64,000 bases of DNA from an uncultured Acidimicrobiaceae bacterium (lineage in GTDB: Bacteria; Actinomycetota; Acidimicrobiia; Acidimicrobiales; SZUA-35), in NCBI GenBank assembly GCA_964648795.1, contig CAZYMB010000002.1, positions 3,643 through 67,642 of the forward strand. Reading direction: 5' to 3'. The notes beneath the pieces are model-generated. The model did not search any database and had not been told where the DNA came from. It worked only from the letters and a program-made list of their open reading frames with translations. A program made the position numbers and the translations under genes. Below, one piece after another: positions 17,311 to 27,418 of the stretch (the stretch's first letter is position 1; each line of letters opens with the position of its first letter).

Positions 17311-17862
17311 TTGCTTGCATGGATTGATCTAGAAATGACCGGCCTCGACGCCGACACAGACGTAATCGTAGAGATTGCCTCAATCATCACCGATGACAAC
17401 CTAGAGATAGTGGCCACCGGCCCCGAACTAGTCATGGCTGCCGAGCAGAAATTTCTAGACGGCATGGACAAGATTGTTGTCGATATGCACACCAAGTCAG
17501 GGTTGCTCGACCGCATTGCCGCCTCGACCATGACAATCGCTGAAGCGCAAGCACAAACACTTGAATTCTTCAAAGAACATATCTCCCAGCCAAAGACTGT
17601 TCCACTCTGTGGCAACTCAATTGGCATGGACCGAAGATTCTTAGCAAAACAAATGCCCGAAATCGAAGAGTTTCTGCACTACCGATCCGTCGATGTTTCA
17701 ACTCTTAAAGAACTAGCAAGGCGTTGGTACCCAGAAGTCTTAAAGACCGCTCCTCGTAAAGAAGCCGACCATCGAGCGCTGGCTGACATAACTGAGAGTA
17801 TTAAAGAGCTCCAGTTCTATCGCTCAACTCTTTTTAAAGAAATCACAAAAGAACAGAACTAG
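17311..17862 (+). CDS. orn: Oligoribonuclease
   Basis: LAWIDLEMTGLD (DEDDh exonuclease motif I) and the C-terminal HRALADI are present. The length is 183 aa. Confidence 0.9.
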   Translation: MLAWIDLEMTGLDADTDVIVEIASIITDDNLEIVATGPELVMAAEQKFLDGMDKIVVDMHTKSGLLDRIAASTMTIAEAQAQTLEFFKEHISQPKTVPLCGNSIGMDRRFLAKQMPEIEEFLHYRSVDVSTLKELARRWYPEVLKTAPRKEADHRALADITESIKELQFYRSTLFKEITKEQN

Positions 17863-17932
17863 CCAAAAACGAAGTTGACCCCTGCCCAATATGGACAGAG
17901 GCCAACTTCCCCGCACGCTATAAGCCCAGAAC

Positions 17933-18454
17933 TTATGCAGTGAAACTTGTTTCGGCTATGCCAGCAGAATCCTTGTTCTTGAAGCCTCTCTTGAACTTGC
18001 CAGAACGCTCTTTCACACTGTTTACCTTTTCGGTAACGGCCTCTGTTAGTTCTTCTGTCGACTTCTCTAGCTCACGATCATTCTCTTGCGCCAAACTTTC
18101 GATCTGAGAAACAATCGCACCAACAAGGTCATCTTCAGACACGCCTTCGGCTTCTGCAATCTCAGCCAAAGTCAAACCTTGAGTTCGACCTTCTTTTATG
18201 GTTTCTTTTTCTAGACCCAGTTCGCTAAGTACTTCGCCCTTAGCTGAACGAAGTTTTCCACGCTTACCAGAACGCTTCTCTGTTTGTGATTCAGTCGACT
18301 CAGTTTCTGTATCAACCTCAGCTTCTTGAGCTGATGCCACACTTGGACCAAATGCAGCTCCAACGCCTATTGCTGTAGCCAACCCTAAAGCTCCTAAACC
18401 GAGCTTGCCTGCCTTTACCTTGTCCATCATTTTCTCCTTGTGTTGTCGGGACAC
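17933..18454 (-). CDS. Hypothetical secreted charged protein
   Basis: A signal peptide is present (KLGLGALGLATAIGVGAAFGPSVASAQE), followed by a K/E-rich low-complexity region. Confidence 0.5.
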   Translation of the reverse strand: MSRQHKEKMMDKVKAGKLGLGALGLATAIGVGAAFGPSVASAQEAEVDTETESTESQTEKRSGKRGKLRSAKGEVLSELGLEKETIKEGRTQGLTLAEIAEAEGVSEDDLVGAIVSQIESLAQENDRELEKSTEELTEAVTEKVNSVKERSGKFKRGFKNKDSAGIAETSFTA

Positions 18455-18518
18455 AATTATGATCGCCGCTTACTGTTATGAGTATCGCACGCCTTTGTTA
18501 AGCCTAGATTAGGATTTC

Positions 18519-19250
18519 CTAGTCTTTTTGGACTACCGCCGCCGCCGCTTGTTCCATTTTATGCCAAAAAACCAGCTGTTTTAGGTCGCCCTGGCTATCT
18601 GCGGATATCTCAACCTTGTCAGTTACAGGGACTCCGCCATAAAAATCAATAACTGCGGTGAACTCTCCGTCTAACGAACCGGTCGTTAACTGCTCTATTA
18701 ATGCTCCGTACGCTGCATTATTCATGTGACCAAACACATCAAAGTCCGAGACTCTTGTTAAAAAAGTGGCCGTTTCATCAATATTATGGTCTAGGTCCAA
18801 CAATCTTGAAGCCTTGACCTTGCGACCCGCGGCCGCTAGCCCAAAGGTTTCTAAGAAATCCTCGCTCAAACGCTTTGGACGATGCGTTACTGGGTCAATA
18901 CAAATCCACATAACGACCAAGTCATACTCACAGCCAAGTTGACCCCTAATTTCGATTCTTCTCTCAGCCCAGCGGCCACCCAAGCCACTACAAGCTGTCC
19001 TCATATCTAGCGCTTCGCCTAAAGCGCCTGGTTTGCCGCATTTAACGACAACGGAGCGAACCACCCAGTTGCTGTCAGCCGCTAACTGGGCATCGGTGGT
19101 GTCGTCATCTGATAAATCCTGGGCGAAACGTAGAAGCGCATCAAGGCGCATCCGACCTGCCTGATTGCAGTCACCGAGCCGAACTTTGCGATTCTCTTGG
19201 AAAATACGCCCGCTTTCAGGAAATTCAGGGATGTTTGGTAGGGCGGTCAC
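18519..19250 (-). CDS. Acyl-ACP thioesterase-family (double hotdog) protein
   Basis: The architecture is two hotdog halves. The second half contains RVSDFDVFGHMNNAAY, which is typical of 4HBT/acyl-ACP thioesterases. Confidence 0.65.
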   Translation of the reverse strand: MTALPNIPEFPESGRIFQENRKVRLGDCNQAGRMRLDALLRFAQDLSDDDTTDAQLAADSNWVVRSVVVKCGKPGALGEALDMRTACSGLGGRWAERRIEIRGQLGCEYDLVVMWICIDPVTHRPKRLSEDFLETFGLAAAGRKVKASRLLDLDHNIDETATFLTRVSDFDVFGHMNNAAYGALIEQLTTGSLDGEFTAVIDFYGGVPVTDKVEISADSQGDLKQLVFWHKMEQAAAAVVQKD

Positions 19251-19343
19251 AGCGCCAAGCCTATATGACGTGTTTTTTATAATGCGAAAAAACTTCTAAT
19301 TAAAGGAATCTACGGTCTAGTGGTAGTTGTTAACATCTAAAGT

Positions 19344-19922
19344 ATGGAAGGCGCAGAACCAACTCCAGAGGCTAAAGTTGGCCAAAAATCAGCCGTTTCA
19401 GTTTGGGCTGCCCGAGTTGTCTTCGGCATCCTTGGCCTTTCCGTAGCCGCCCTTGGCTTCGCTATTTTCGCCGGTGGAGAAGAAGTCGATCTCAACCCTG
19501 CATTCACCGCAGCACTCGCTACGACTGTATTGACCGAAGACGGTGAATCTACAACTTTCGCCGATGCCTTGCCAGAAGGACCAGTTGTAGTCAACTTCTA
19601 TGCATCTTGGTGTGGTCCATGTCGGGCAGAACTCCCAGACTTTGACGAAGTTAGTCTTAGGGTCGAAGACCAAGTTACTTTCTTAGGTATCAACGTTGAC
19701 CAATCAGAGACCACATGGCGATCATTCAACGAAGAAATACCTGTCTCATACGGGACAGTCTTTCAACCTGGTAGTGAAATCAGAATGCAACTCGATCTAC
19801 TAGCAATGCCAACTACCTTGTTTATTTCAGCCGACGGTGAAATCGTACAACAACACGGCGGCATCTTGGACGACGACTCTCTAATAGAAATACTCGCAGA
19901 ACAGTTTGGAGCAGAGGTATAA
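19344..19922 (+). CDS. TlpA/ResA-like thiol:disulfide oxidoreductase (membrane-anchored thioredoxin fold)
   Basis: An N-terminal TM segment is followed by FYASWCGPCRAELP, which contains the CxxC active site. Confidence 0.85.
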   Translation: MEGAEPTPEAKVGQKSAVSVWAARVVFGILGLSVAALGFAIFAGGEEVDLNPAFTAALATTVLTEDGESTTFADALPEGPVVVNFYASWCGPCRAELPDFDEVSLRVEDQVTFLGINVDQSETTWRSFNEEIPVSYGTVFQPGSEIRMQLDLLAMPTTLFISADGEIVQQHGGILDDDSLIEILAEQFGAEV

Positions 19923-19925
19923 ACC

Positions 19926-20831
19926 ATGGAAGTATTCAGCGCAGCGGCCCTAGCGGCAGGGTTCTTGTTCTTACTAAACCCTTGCAGCTTTGCACTTTTA
20001 CCCAGTTACCTAGGCGTCTTTCTCAACATTAGCCAAGACGACGCACAACGAAGCATCTGGCACAGCATCAGTAAGGCGCAGGTTGTATCACTAATGATGT
20101 CAGCAGGAATGCTCGCAGTCTTCTTACCAGTGGCGTTCTCATTTCAGGGAATCAACGCTGCGCTCGGCGACGCTAGAGCGTGGATCAGCATTGTGCTTGG
20201 CATTGGCCTAGCAATTCTGGGTGTGGCACTATTGAGTGGCTTTAACCTAAACATTACGCTCCCAAAGGTAAAGACCGGCGATACCAAAACCACTTTCGCT
20301 GGAATGTTCGCCTACGGAGCTACCTATGCCATAGCGGCGATGGGCTGCTCTCTTCCAATTCTTCTAGTTGGGCTTAGAGCTGCACCTGGCGCTAGCTTTG
20401 GTACACAACTTGGAACCGCCCTATCTTTCGCTGCCGGCATGGTCGCAGCTCTTATTACACTAACTGTCGCCGTTGCTACAGGTGCTAGTTCAGTCGTGGG
20501 AGTCTTTCGCAAAATCATGACGAAGATGAACCTGATCACTGGGATAATTCTTATCCCAGCTGGTATCTACCTGGCATACTTTGGCTGGTGGGAACTCGAT
20601 CCAGTCAACCGACCACGAGGACCTATTGTCATTCAAGACTTCATTGATGGTGAAGTTGTAGCGTGGATGCGCACCACAGTCGCAGGCGTCAACATAAGTC
20701 GAGCGGCACTTCTTGGAATCATATTCTTGGTGCTAAACCTAGCTCTGGCTGCTCTTGGCTGGTTAAAGCGACCAAACATCGAAACTCAGATTGAAACCGA
20801 CTCTGGTGACGTTAAGGCCAAAGTCGCCTAA
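19926..20831 (+). CDS. ccdA: Cytochrome c biogenesis thiol-reductant transporter CcdA (DsbD family)
   Basis: LNPCSFALLPSYLG and a second conserved Cys (AAMGCSLPIL) are present in a polytopic protein. It lies directly downstream of the ResA-like gene. Confidence 0.85.
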   Translation: MEVFSAAALAAGFLFLLNPCSFALLPSYLGVFLNISQDDAQRSIWHSISKAQVVSLMMSAGMLAVFLPVAFSFQGINAALGDARAWISIVLGIGLAILGVALLSGFNLNITLPKVKTGDTKTTFAGMFAYGATYAIAAMGCSLPILLVGLRAAPGASFGTQLGTALSFAAGMVAALITLTVAVATGASSVVGVFRKIMTKMNLITGIILIPAGIYLAYFGWWELDPVNRPRGPIVIQDFIDGEVVAWMRTTVAGVNISRAALLGIIFLVLNLALAALGWLKRPNIETQIETDSGDVKAKVA

Positions 20832-21444
20832 CACTCCAAACGTCATCCATAAGCTCATAGACGAACCGATCATGCAGTCGGTTTGGCCTTCCCTGCCAGA
20901 ACTCGATTGTCGTTGGTTTCAACTCCCAACCAAGCCAACCTTCGGGTCTAGTCACTACCTCTGAGCTTGCGCTCTCAAGTGTGCTAAACGCCTCCTCCAT
21001 AGCTTCACGGGAAGCTACGGTCTGACTCTGAGATGAAACGGCCGAACCTAGTTGAGAGCGACGACTACGTTTAGCCCAATAAGCATCAGCCACTTCTACA
21101 GACGCAGGTGCGACTGTTCCCCCAACATTAACTTGCCGCTCAAGTGCCAGCCAAGAAAACGTTGCAGAGACGTGCGAGTTCGCTTCGATATCTTGTGATT
21201 TGCGACTCCCAGCATGAGAAAAGTAGATCAGCTTTGAGCCATCAATCTGTTTTAGTAACACATTACGGCTCTTGGGCTGACCTTGCGCGTTCACGGTGGC
21301 AAGGACCATGGCATTCGGCTCGGTGAGGTCCGCTTCGATTGCTTCACCCAACCAAGACTTGAGTAGCTCCACTGGCTCCTCAGTCAAATCCGACTCAGAC
21401 AGGCCTCGCTGCGAATACTCAACTCTAAGATCGTTCAAATCCAC
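20812..21444 (-). CDS. pdxH: Pyridoxamine 5'-phosphate oxidase
   Basis: The 210-aa protein has N-terminal LR.EY and the C-terminal motif WQGRPNRLHDRFVY...W...RLWP. Confidence 0.85.
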   Translation of the reverse strand: MDLNDLRVEYSQRGLSESDLTEEPVELLKSWLGEAIEADLTEPNAMVLATVNAQGQPKSRNVLLKQIDGSKLIYFSHAGSRKSQDIEANSHVSATFSWLALERQVNVGGTVAPASVEVADAYWAKRSRRSQLGSAVSSQSQTVASREAMEEAFSTLESASSEVVTRPEGWLGWELKPTTIEFWQGRPNRLHDRFVYELMDDVWSVRRLWP

Positions 21445-21483
21445 AAACCAGAGCCTAGTGGCCTATCCAAACCTGAGTCGGAC

Positions 21484-22314
21484 TTATACGAGAGTTCCCG
21501 CAGGCTCGCTTTGAAGAGCAACCCGATCCTTGGCGAGCTCTTTGTTTGCCCAACGGAAGAATATCGTGGCAATAACTGCCCACAAGAAGAACCCACCAAC
21601 AAGCTTCATAATTACACCGGCAGCCTGCTGGTCGGTTAAGACGTTTATATCCCACAGCCTCTGCGCTGTATCGTAGTGCCGATAAACAACGCCCTCAGCA
21701 AAGACCAGCCAACCACCAGGTACTGTTGGCACAATAGACATTGCAAACAAATAGATGCATTTATTCATTGGAGCTAGGTGCCAACTTTTCACAGGCCCAA
21801 TAGCTGGCATCCACATGGCCAATCCGGCAGTGAATATCAAAAGGTGCAAACCGAAGTGAAGTGGACCAGAGTCTGCTGACCACTGCACCAGGAAAGACCA
21901 ATGCAGTAGCAGTGTCAAAGCATTGAAGGTTACTCCTGCCACAACTGGCTTAGAGAACCAACGGAAAGCCTGCCAACCCTTCTTTGCTGGGTCAAAGAAC
22001 AACTCGAATAGCCAAGATGGAAACGAGAGTAGGAACATGCCTGGAATCACTAGCGACAACGCTAGATGCTGCAACATGTGTACCGAATACAGGCGAAACT
22101 CTGCTATTTCGTGCACTGGCCAGTCTGAGACAAGCCACATCGCCCCAACCGCAGCCAGAAACCAAGCCTTCTGTTTGGTTGTGATTGCCGGATACCCAGC
22201 TTTGATTGCCAATGGCTGCAAAACTCTGGCGGTATAGAACCCGATAACAATTACTCCCGCGATCAAGGCCCAAACTTCGAGATGAAGCTCAAACGGAACC
22301 AGAGTATCGAACAT
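21484..22314 (-). CDS. ctaG: Cytochrome c oxidase assembly factor CtaG (caa3 type, membrane)
   Basis: The polytopic protein contains HMLQHLALSLVIP. It is the last gene of the cta cluster, as in Bacillus. Confidence 0.7.
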   Translation of the reverse strand: MFDTLVPFELHLEVWALIAGVIVIGFYTARVLQPLAIKAGYPAITTKQKAWFLAAVGAMWLVSDWPVHEIAEFRLYSVHMLQHLALSLVIPGMFLLSFPSWLFELFFDPAKKGWQAFRWFSKPVVAGVTFNALTLLLHWSFLVQWSADSGPLHFGLHLLIFTAGLAMWMPAIGPVKSWHLAPMNKCIYLFAMSIVPTVPGGWLVFAEGVVYRHYDTAQRLWDINVLTDQQAAGVIMKLVGGFFLWAVIATIFFRWANKELAKDRVALQSEPAGTLV

Positions 22315-22324
22315 TAACTACCGC

Positions 22325-22633
22325 CTAGATTTGAAATTCAAAAGTCGCTAAAGCTGCTATGAAAACCAAGGTAGCGAGTACCACCCCTGTGCCGAACACA
22401 ATCGAAAAAATCTTGCCATTAACTTTACCGTCAAAGCGCAGATGCATAAACACTGCTCCTACCAGAAGGAACTTACCCACCATCATCCCAATGAGAGGCA
22501 ACACCAAAGTAGGCCCTTCAAAGCCAAGGAAACTCCAAGCAACTTCAACCGCTGTTACGACAGCCAGAATTGCAAAGATAATCCAGTAAGACTTCTCTTC
22601 TGGATGTGCGTGTTCTTCATGTGTTGGAGACAT
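22325..22633 (-). CDS. ctaF: Cytochrome c oxidase subunit IV (prokaryotic COX4 family)
   Basis: The 102-aa protein has three TM segments and an N-terminus HEEHAHPEEKSYW. It follows ctaE directly. Confidence 0.75.
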   Translation of the reverse strand: MSPTHEEHAHPEEKSYWIIFAILAVVTAVEVAWSFLGFEGPTLVLPLIGMMVGKFLLVGAVFMHLRFDGKVNGKIFSIVFGTGVVLATLVFIAALATFEFQI

Positions 22634-22643
22634 AAGCGACTTC

Positions 22644-23405
22644 CTAGGGGATCAGGTAAACAATAGTAAAGATTAGCACCCAGACAATATCTACAAAGTG
22701 CCAATACAGGCCCACTAGCTCTACTGTCTCGGCTCTGTCTGATTTAAGCTTTCCTGTGAACGAGAGAATCAGCAGCGTGACCAGCATCAAAATTCCGATA
22801 GTCACGTGAACACCGTGAAACCCAGTGAGAGTATAAAAGGCGGAGCCGAAGAGGTTTCCATCGAAGAAAATACCTTCTCTAAAGAAGACTGTGAACTCGA
22901 CAACCTGACCTGCAATGAAAGTAGAACCTAAGAGCGCTGTAGCGGCCAACCAAACACGAGTGCCTTTGTAATCTCGCTTAGAGATCGCAGAGTGAGCAAG
23001 AACCATTGACAGCGAACTCATTAGCAGAATGAAAGAACTTGCTGACGTGAACGGGATGTCGAAGATTGGCTCTATTGAAGCCTCTTCAATTACCTTCGCA
23101 TACTTTTCTGGCTCAACTTCTCGCAATGTCTCTAGTGAGGCCAACACGTTGGGGTTGCCAGCTGTTAGCTCGGTAATGAAATTCGCCTTTGACAGCAAAT
23201 AGGTCGAAATTAGAGCCCCGAACAACAGGCACTCAGAAGCAAGGAAGATCCACATCGCAAGCTTTAAATTTGAGACTCCCATTGACGTTTCATGCTCGTC
23301 ATGGTCACCATGTCCATCGTCACTGTCGTGGGCGCCATGTTCTTCTGCGTCTGATGTTGGGGGGTTCGGTTCTAATAGGTCGTCATGTTCTAACAGGTCA
23401 CTCAT
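22644..23405 (-). CDS. ctaE: Cytochrome c oxidase subunit III
   Basis: FYTLTGFHGVHVTIG and LYWHFVDIVWVLIF motifs are present. The start at MSDLLEH overlaps the ctaD stop (ATGAGTGA). Confidence 0.9.
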   Translation of the reverse strand: MSDLLEHDDLLEPNPPTSDAEEHGAHDSDDGHGDHDEHETSMGVSNLKLAMWIFLASECLLFGALISTYLLSKANFITELTAGNPNVLASLETLREVEPEKYAKVIEEASIEPIFDIPFTSASSFILLMSSLSMVLAHSAISKRDYKGTRVWLAATALLGSTFIAGQVVEFTVFFREGIFFDGNLFGSAFYTLTGFHGVHVTIGILMLVTLLILSFTGKLKSDRAETVELVGLYWHFVDIVWVLIFTIVYLIP

Positions 23406-25353
23406 GCGTGGCTCCCACCTTCGCTGGTTCCACATCATGGCCGTGTGGGGCATCTAGATCGTCAGCTGGCTCAAGAGCCCAACCAAACATTGCTGCTGTC
23501 ATCAGCAGGACACCTGGGATTACTAGCCAAAGTGTAAATACAAGGCCGTACCCAATAGGAATCATTGAAGCAGCCAACACCATTGGCCAGTAACTTGAAG
23601 CTGGGAGGTGAACGCCCGTACCATCGCCTTCTTGAGCAAGCTCCTCGCCGGTAGCTACACGTTCGAACTTGTTAGTCTCGGCATTGGTCTTAAACTTTTG
23701 GTGCCAGAAATCGTCGAGTGTTTTAACTATTGGGGTCTTGTCGAAATTGTGCTCGGGAGCCGGCGACTGGATTGACCACTCAAGGGTTCTGGCATCCCAA
23801 GGGTCAGCTCCAACATTTGGCCTGCCCATTGACTTCCAAGCTTTGTATGACTTAAAGGCGTTTACTAGAACAAGGATGGTTCCGATTCCAAGGATTAGTG
23901 AACCGATTGATGCAACCTGGTTCCAGAATGTGAAACCCTGCACTGAGCTGTAGGAGTCGAGACGGCGTGGCATACCCTGCAAGCCAAGAACGTGCATTGG
24001 GCCGAAGGTTAGGTTGAAGCCAATTACCATCATCCAGAAGTTGACTTTGCCAAGCTTCTCGTCCAGTTTGTAACCAAAGGCTTTTGGCCACCAGAAGTAA
24101 AGTCCAGCAAAGAAACCGAAGAGTGCTCCACCAAATAATACGTAGTGGAAGTGAGCAACAATGTAGTAGGTGTCTGTTTGCTGTGTGTCAGAAGAAGCAA
24201 ATGCGTGAGAGACGCCACTTAGCCCACCGATGGTGAACTGTGTAACAAGACCAATAGCAAACAGCATCGCGGTGTTGAGGATTATCTTTCCGCCCCACAT
24301 TGTGGCTACCCAATTAAGGACCTTTACGCCGGTTGGGATAGCAATGAACATTGTTGCCAAACTGAAGGCAGTAACGCTTAAAGGGCCTATCCCTGAAACG
24401 AACATGTGGTGGGCCCAAACACCCCAGCCCATGAACCCAATGGCGATCCCACTCATAACCATGAATGGGTAACCGAAGATTGGCTTTCTAGAGAAGGTTG
24501 GGATCACTTCTGAGACAATTCCGAATGCTGGCAGGATCATCAAGTACACCTCAGGGTGCCCGAAGATCCAGAATAGGTGCTGCCATAACAGCGGATCAGC
24601 GCCTTGAGCGACATTAAAGAAGTTCGCCCCAAAGGTTCTGTCTAATAATAAGAGCAGCTGAGCAACGGTAAGTACTGGGATAGCGAACAAAAGTAAGAAC
24701 TGAGTTACAAGCGCCATCCAAACAAAGACAGGCATGCGCATAAGACTCATGCCTGGCGCTCTCATATTTAGAATCGTTGTAATTAAGTTGACTGCACCAG
24801 TTAATGAACCAATACCAACAATTAGAAGAGATACATTCCAGAAGTCGATCCCGACATCTGGGTTGAAGGTCACTCCGGTATTCGGTGCGTACATGAACCA
24901 ACCACCATTCGGGCTGCCTCCAAGGAACCAGCTGGTGTTGAGCATTAAACCACCGGCCAGGAAGACCCAGAAACTGAATGCGTTGATTCTTGGGAACGCT
25001 ACGTCTCGCGCCCCGATCATAAGAGGAAGTAAGTAGTTAGCGAAAGCCGCACCCAATGGCATTACAACCAAGAACACCATAATCGTTCCGTGCATGGTGA
25101 ATATGCGGTTGTAAGTGTCGCCACTAAAGATTGCATCAGCTGGCGTATCAGCCGGAGTGGCAAGCTGAAGACGAATAAGAAGCGCTGCGAAGCCGCCAAT
25201 AATGAAGAAAATCATTGAAGCTATGCCATACATGATGCCGATCTTCTTGTGATCGACGGTTGTCATCCAATCAAGAACGCCCGTTAAATTACGAGGGCGA
25301 GTTAACGAGCCAAGTCCGGCTGTTCTGTTCATTGTTAGCGGGATATCAGTCAT
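23398..25353 (-). CDS. ctaD: Cytochrome c oxidase subunit I (14-helix long form)
   Basis: All canonical ligand motifs are present: FTMHGTIMVF, WIFGHPEVY, WAHHMF and VAHFHYVL. The C-terminal two-helix extension resembles that of Bacillus CtaD. Confidence 0.95.
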   Translation of the reverse strand: MTDIPLTMNRTAGLGSLTRPRNLTGVLDWMTTVDHKKIGIMYGIASMIFFIIGGFAALLIRLQLATPADTPADAIFSGDTYNRIFTMHGTIMVFLVVMPLGAAFANYLLPLMIGARDVAFPRINAFSFWVFLAGGLMLNTSWFLGGSPNGGWFMYAPNTGVTFNPDVGIDFWNVSLLIVGIGSLTGAVNLITTILNMRAPGMSLMRMPVFVWMALVTQFLLLFAIPVLTVAQLLLLLDRTFGANFFNVAQGADPLLWQHLFWIFGHPEVYLMILPAFGIVSEVIPTFSRKPIFGYPFMVMSGIAIGFMGWGVWAHHMFVSGIGPLSVTAFSLATMFIAIPTGVKVLNWVATMWGGKIILNTAMLFAIGLVTQFTIGGLSGVSHAFASSDTQQTDTYYIVAHFHYVLFGGALFGFFAGLYFWWPKAFGYKLDEKLGKVNFWMMVIGFNLTFGPMHVLGLQGMPRRLDSYSSVQGFTFWNQVASIGSLILGIGTILVLVNAFKSYKAWKSMGRPNVGADPWDARTLEWSIQSPAPEHNFDKTPIVKTLDDFWHQKFKTNAETNKFERVATGEELAQEGDGTGVHLPASSYWPMVLAASMIPIGYGLVFTLWLVIPGVLLMTAAMFGWALEPADDLDAPHGHDVEPAKVGATHE

Positions 25354-25364
25354 GTACGGTCATC

Positions 25365-26669
25365 CTAGTCTAGGCTCGACAAGTAGGCAATTACGTCATC
25401 AAGGTTTTCATCAGTCAGTTGGGAGAAAGAAGGCATACCCTGAAGGGATTCTGGGGCCATATCTTTACGACTAGAGGCATCTGAGATCCAACGGGCCAAC
25501 TCCGGTTCGTTAACACGGAACCCTGAGCCTTCTTCAGAAGACAACTGAGCCAAAGCCAAATAGTTGTCGACATCTAGAGCATCATCATTAGGGTCACCGA
25601 TTTCTTCGCCCAGGTAGACACCATAGATCCCACCAGCAAAAGATGAACGGCTAGCAAAGTGTGTCAGATTAGGAGCTGCCAGAGAGTCAAGTGGAGCTAC
25701 GAAGTCATCGGCGTATTCAATTGGGGTTATGTCTGGGCGACCCGACGATTCTTCGTTGATGATGTGGCAGCTTGCGCAGTTCTGAGCGAATATTTCTCGA
25801 CCAGCTAGCGCTGACTCATCTTCTGGAACAGATGCCAGAGTTGACTGGTTCTCTAGCCATGAATCGAAATCTTCTGGCTCTAAGGCGATTGTCGACATCC
25901 TCATACGGGCATGCGACAACCCACAAAACTCTGTACACCAGCCAACAAACTTTCCTGGCTCATCAGCTTCAAGAGACCAAGTATGCAGACGTCCAGGTAC
26001 AGCGTCACGCTTACCATTTAAGCGAGGAATCCAAAATGAATGGATAACATCACGAGAAGTAATAAGTAGGTCAACTTGTTCGCCCGCTGGGATTACCAGT
26101 TCGGTCGCAGTCGCTACGTCATCTCTATCGAGCGAAATCTCTAACGGCAGTTCTTCATCTTGTTCGTCGACAACACCATCACCGTTGGCATCTTGGAAGA
26201 AACCATCGCCGTCAATGTCGTAACGATACTCCCACCACCATTGCTGGCCGATAACCATAACGTCAAGCTCTGAAGGTTCGTTTTCTTCCTCGAGTTCCCA
26301 GATAGTTCCTACCATTGGGATGGAAAGCCCCACAAGAAGAATGAATGGTGCAATAGTCCAACCCCACTCAAGTGTCGGGTTCCCATGAACTTGTTCTGGT
26401 AAGTCATCGAGATCGTCGTCAGCGCTTACTCTGCCCTTAACGGCTAGGGCAATAGTTCCAAAAATGACACCAAACCCGATTAAGAACATGATGACCCAAA
26501 CCCAAGGGGTCATCAGGTCATAGATTGTTTGAGCCCGAGGGCCGCGTGGTTCGAAAGTATTGAGAGGCTTGTCGTCCGCGCAAGCTGATACAACGAGGGT
26601 CAAAAATCCGAGAAACAAAAGCTTCTTTGGATAATAAGACTTGAATCTACTCATCAACTGATTCTCCAA
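25365..26669 (-). CDS. ctaC: Cytochrome c oxidase subunit II with fused C-terminal cytochrome c domain (caa3 type); probable lipoprotein
   Basis: The CuA motif is present (HSFWIP...CTEFCGLSHARM), as is the heme c motif CASCH and the lipobox LVVSAC. An EF-hand-like insertion is reported under findings. Confidence 0.9.
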   Translation of the reverse strand: MENQLMSRFKSYYPKKLLFLGFLTLVVSACADDKPLNTFEPRGPRAQTIYDLMTPWVWVIMFLIGFGVIFGTIALAVKGRVSADDDLDDLPEQVHGNPTLEWGWTIAPFILLVGLSIPMVGTIWELEEENEPSELDVMVIGQQWWWEYRYDIDGDGFFQDANGDGVVDEQDEELPLEISLDRDDVATATELVIPAGEQVDLLITSRDVIHSFWIPRLNGKRDAVPGRLHTWSLEADEPGKFVGWCTEFCGLSHARMRMSTIALEPEDFDSWLENQSTLASVPEDESALAGREIFAQNCASCHIINEESSGRPDITPIEYADDFVAPLDSLAAPNLTHFASRSSFAGGIYGVYLGEEIGDPNDDALDVDNYLALAQLSSEEGSGFRVNEPELARWISDASSRKDMAPESLQGMPSFSQLTDENLDDVIAYLSSLD

Positions 26670-27411
26670 CAGCCTCTTGCTCGTGACTAAAACTTCGTTC
26701 GCCTATCCCAGCCGAAACTATAGCGCCAACCAGAACCGCAAGTGCTCCGAAGCCTAATACTCCGACAATTACATTTCTTGAAGGGCTCTTTTTGGCGAAG
26801 AACGTTGCCCCAACAAAGATCAACAAAGCTACAACTGATACAACAGCAGTTGCCCAAGCAGCTGGCAGCGCTAATAGGATTCTTGATAGCCCAATTACTA
26901 TAAAACCAATCAGGGCCAGCGATGTCATCGGGATGTCGAAGATACCCCCAACCCTGGACTTAAATTCACCAGCAACCGTCGGGTCATCAGAAATTGAATC
27001 CGACCAGGCTTGCAACGCCCACTGCATCCCAACTACAAAACCTAAGACCAACCCGGCGACCAAAAATATTGTTCCAAGCGCTACTCCAGTCACTGTGAGA
27101 GCAGCTGCCAAAGCAAGCAACAATGGCGCAGGGCTCGGGTTCGAGCGTTCTACGGGGTCAACACTCTGAGCTATCCCAGCACTGTCAACTACTACACCCT
27201 CGCGTGTGAGAACTGCTATGACTCCTAAGACAGCGAAGCCAAATGTTAAAGCAATGGCAATCCCGTAACCGAGATGTTCGCCGACACCGTTTCGATACCC
27301 AACGCTAAGAGTTCCGATTATGTTGCCACCGGTCGCTATCCCATAAACAGAAGCAGCTGCATAGCTCAAAAGACTAAGTGACAGAAAGTATCTTGCTCCC
27401 CATTTAATCAT
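26647..27411 (-). CDS. Uncharacterised polytopic membrane protein, co-operonic with the oxidase genes
   Basis: The 254-aa protein has about 7 hydrophobic segments. Its 3' end overlaps the ctaC ORF start by up to 23 nt. I recognised no motif. Confidence 0.55.
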   Translation of the reverse strand: MIKWGARYFLSLSLLSYAAASVYGIATGGNIIGTLSVGYRNGVGEHLGYGIAIALTFGFAVLGVIAVLTREGVVVDSAGIAQSVDPVERSNPSPAPLLLALAAALTVTGVALGTIFLVAGLVLGFVVGMQWALQAWSDSISDDPTVAGEFKSRVGGIFDIPMTSLALIGFIVIGLSRILLALPAAWATAVVSVVALLIFVGATFFAKKSPSRNVIVGVLGFGALAVLVGAIVSAGIGERSFSHEQEAVGESVDE

Positions 27412-27418
27412 CTCAAAC

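Noticed and set aside
17863-17932. A possible hairpin, GAAGTTGACC...GGCCAACTTC, between orn and the convergent secreted-protein gene.
   Set aside because: The stem is imperfect, the loop is about 20 nt, and there is no T-run, so support is insufficient.
19270-19300. A TATAAT hexamer and an AT-rich inverted repeat (GTTTTTT-ataatgcg-AAAAAAC) upstream of the resA-like gene.
   Set aside because: This is a plausible -10 element, but I could not find a convincing -35 element at the right spacing. It is too weak to call a promoter without transcript data.
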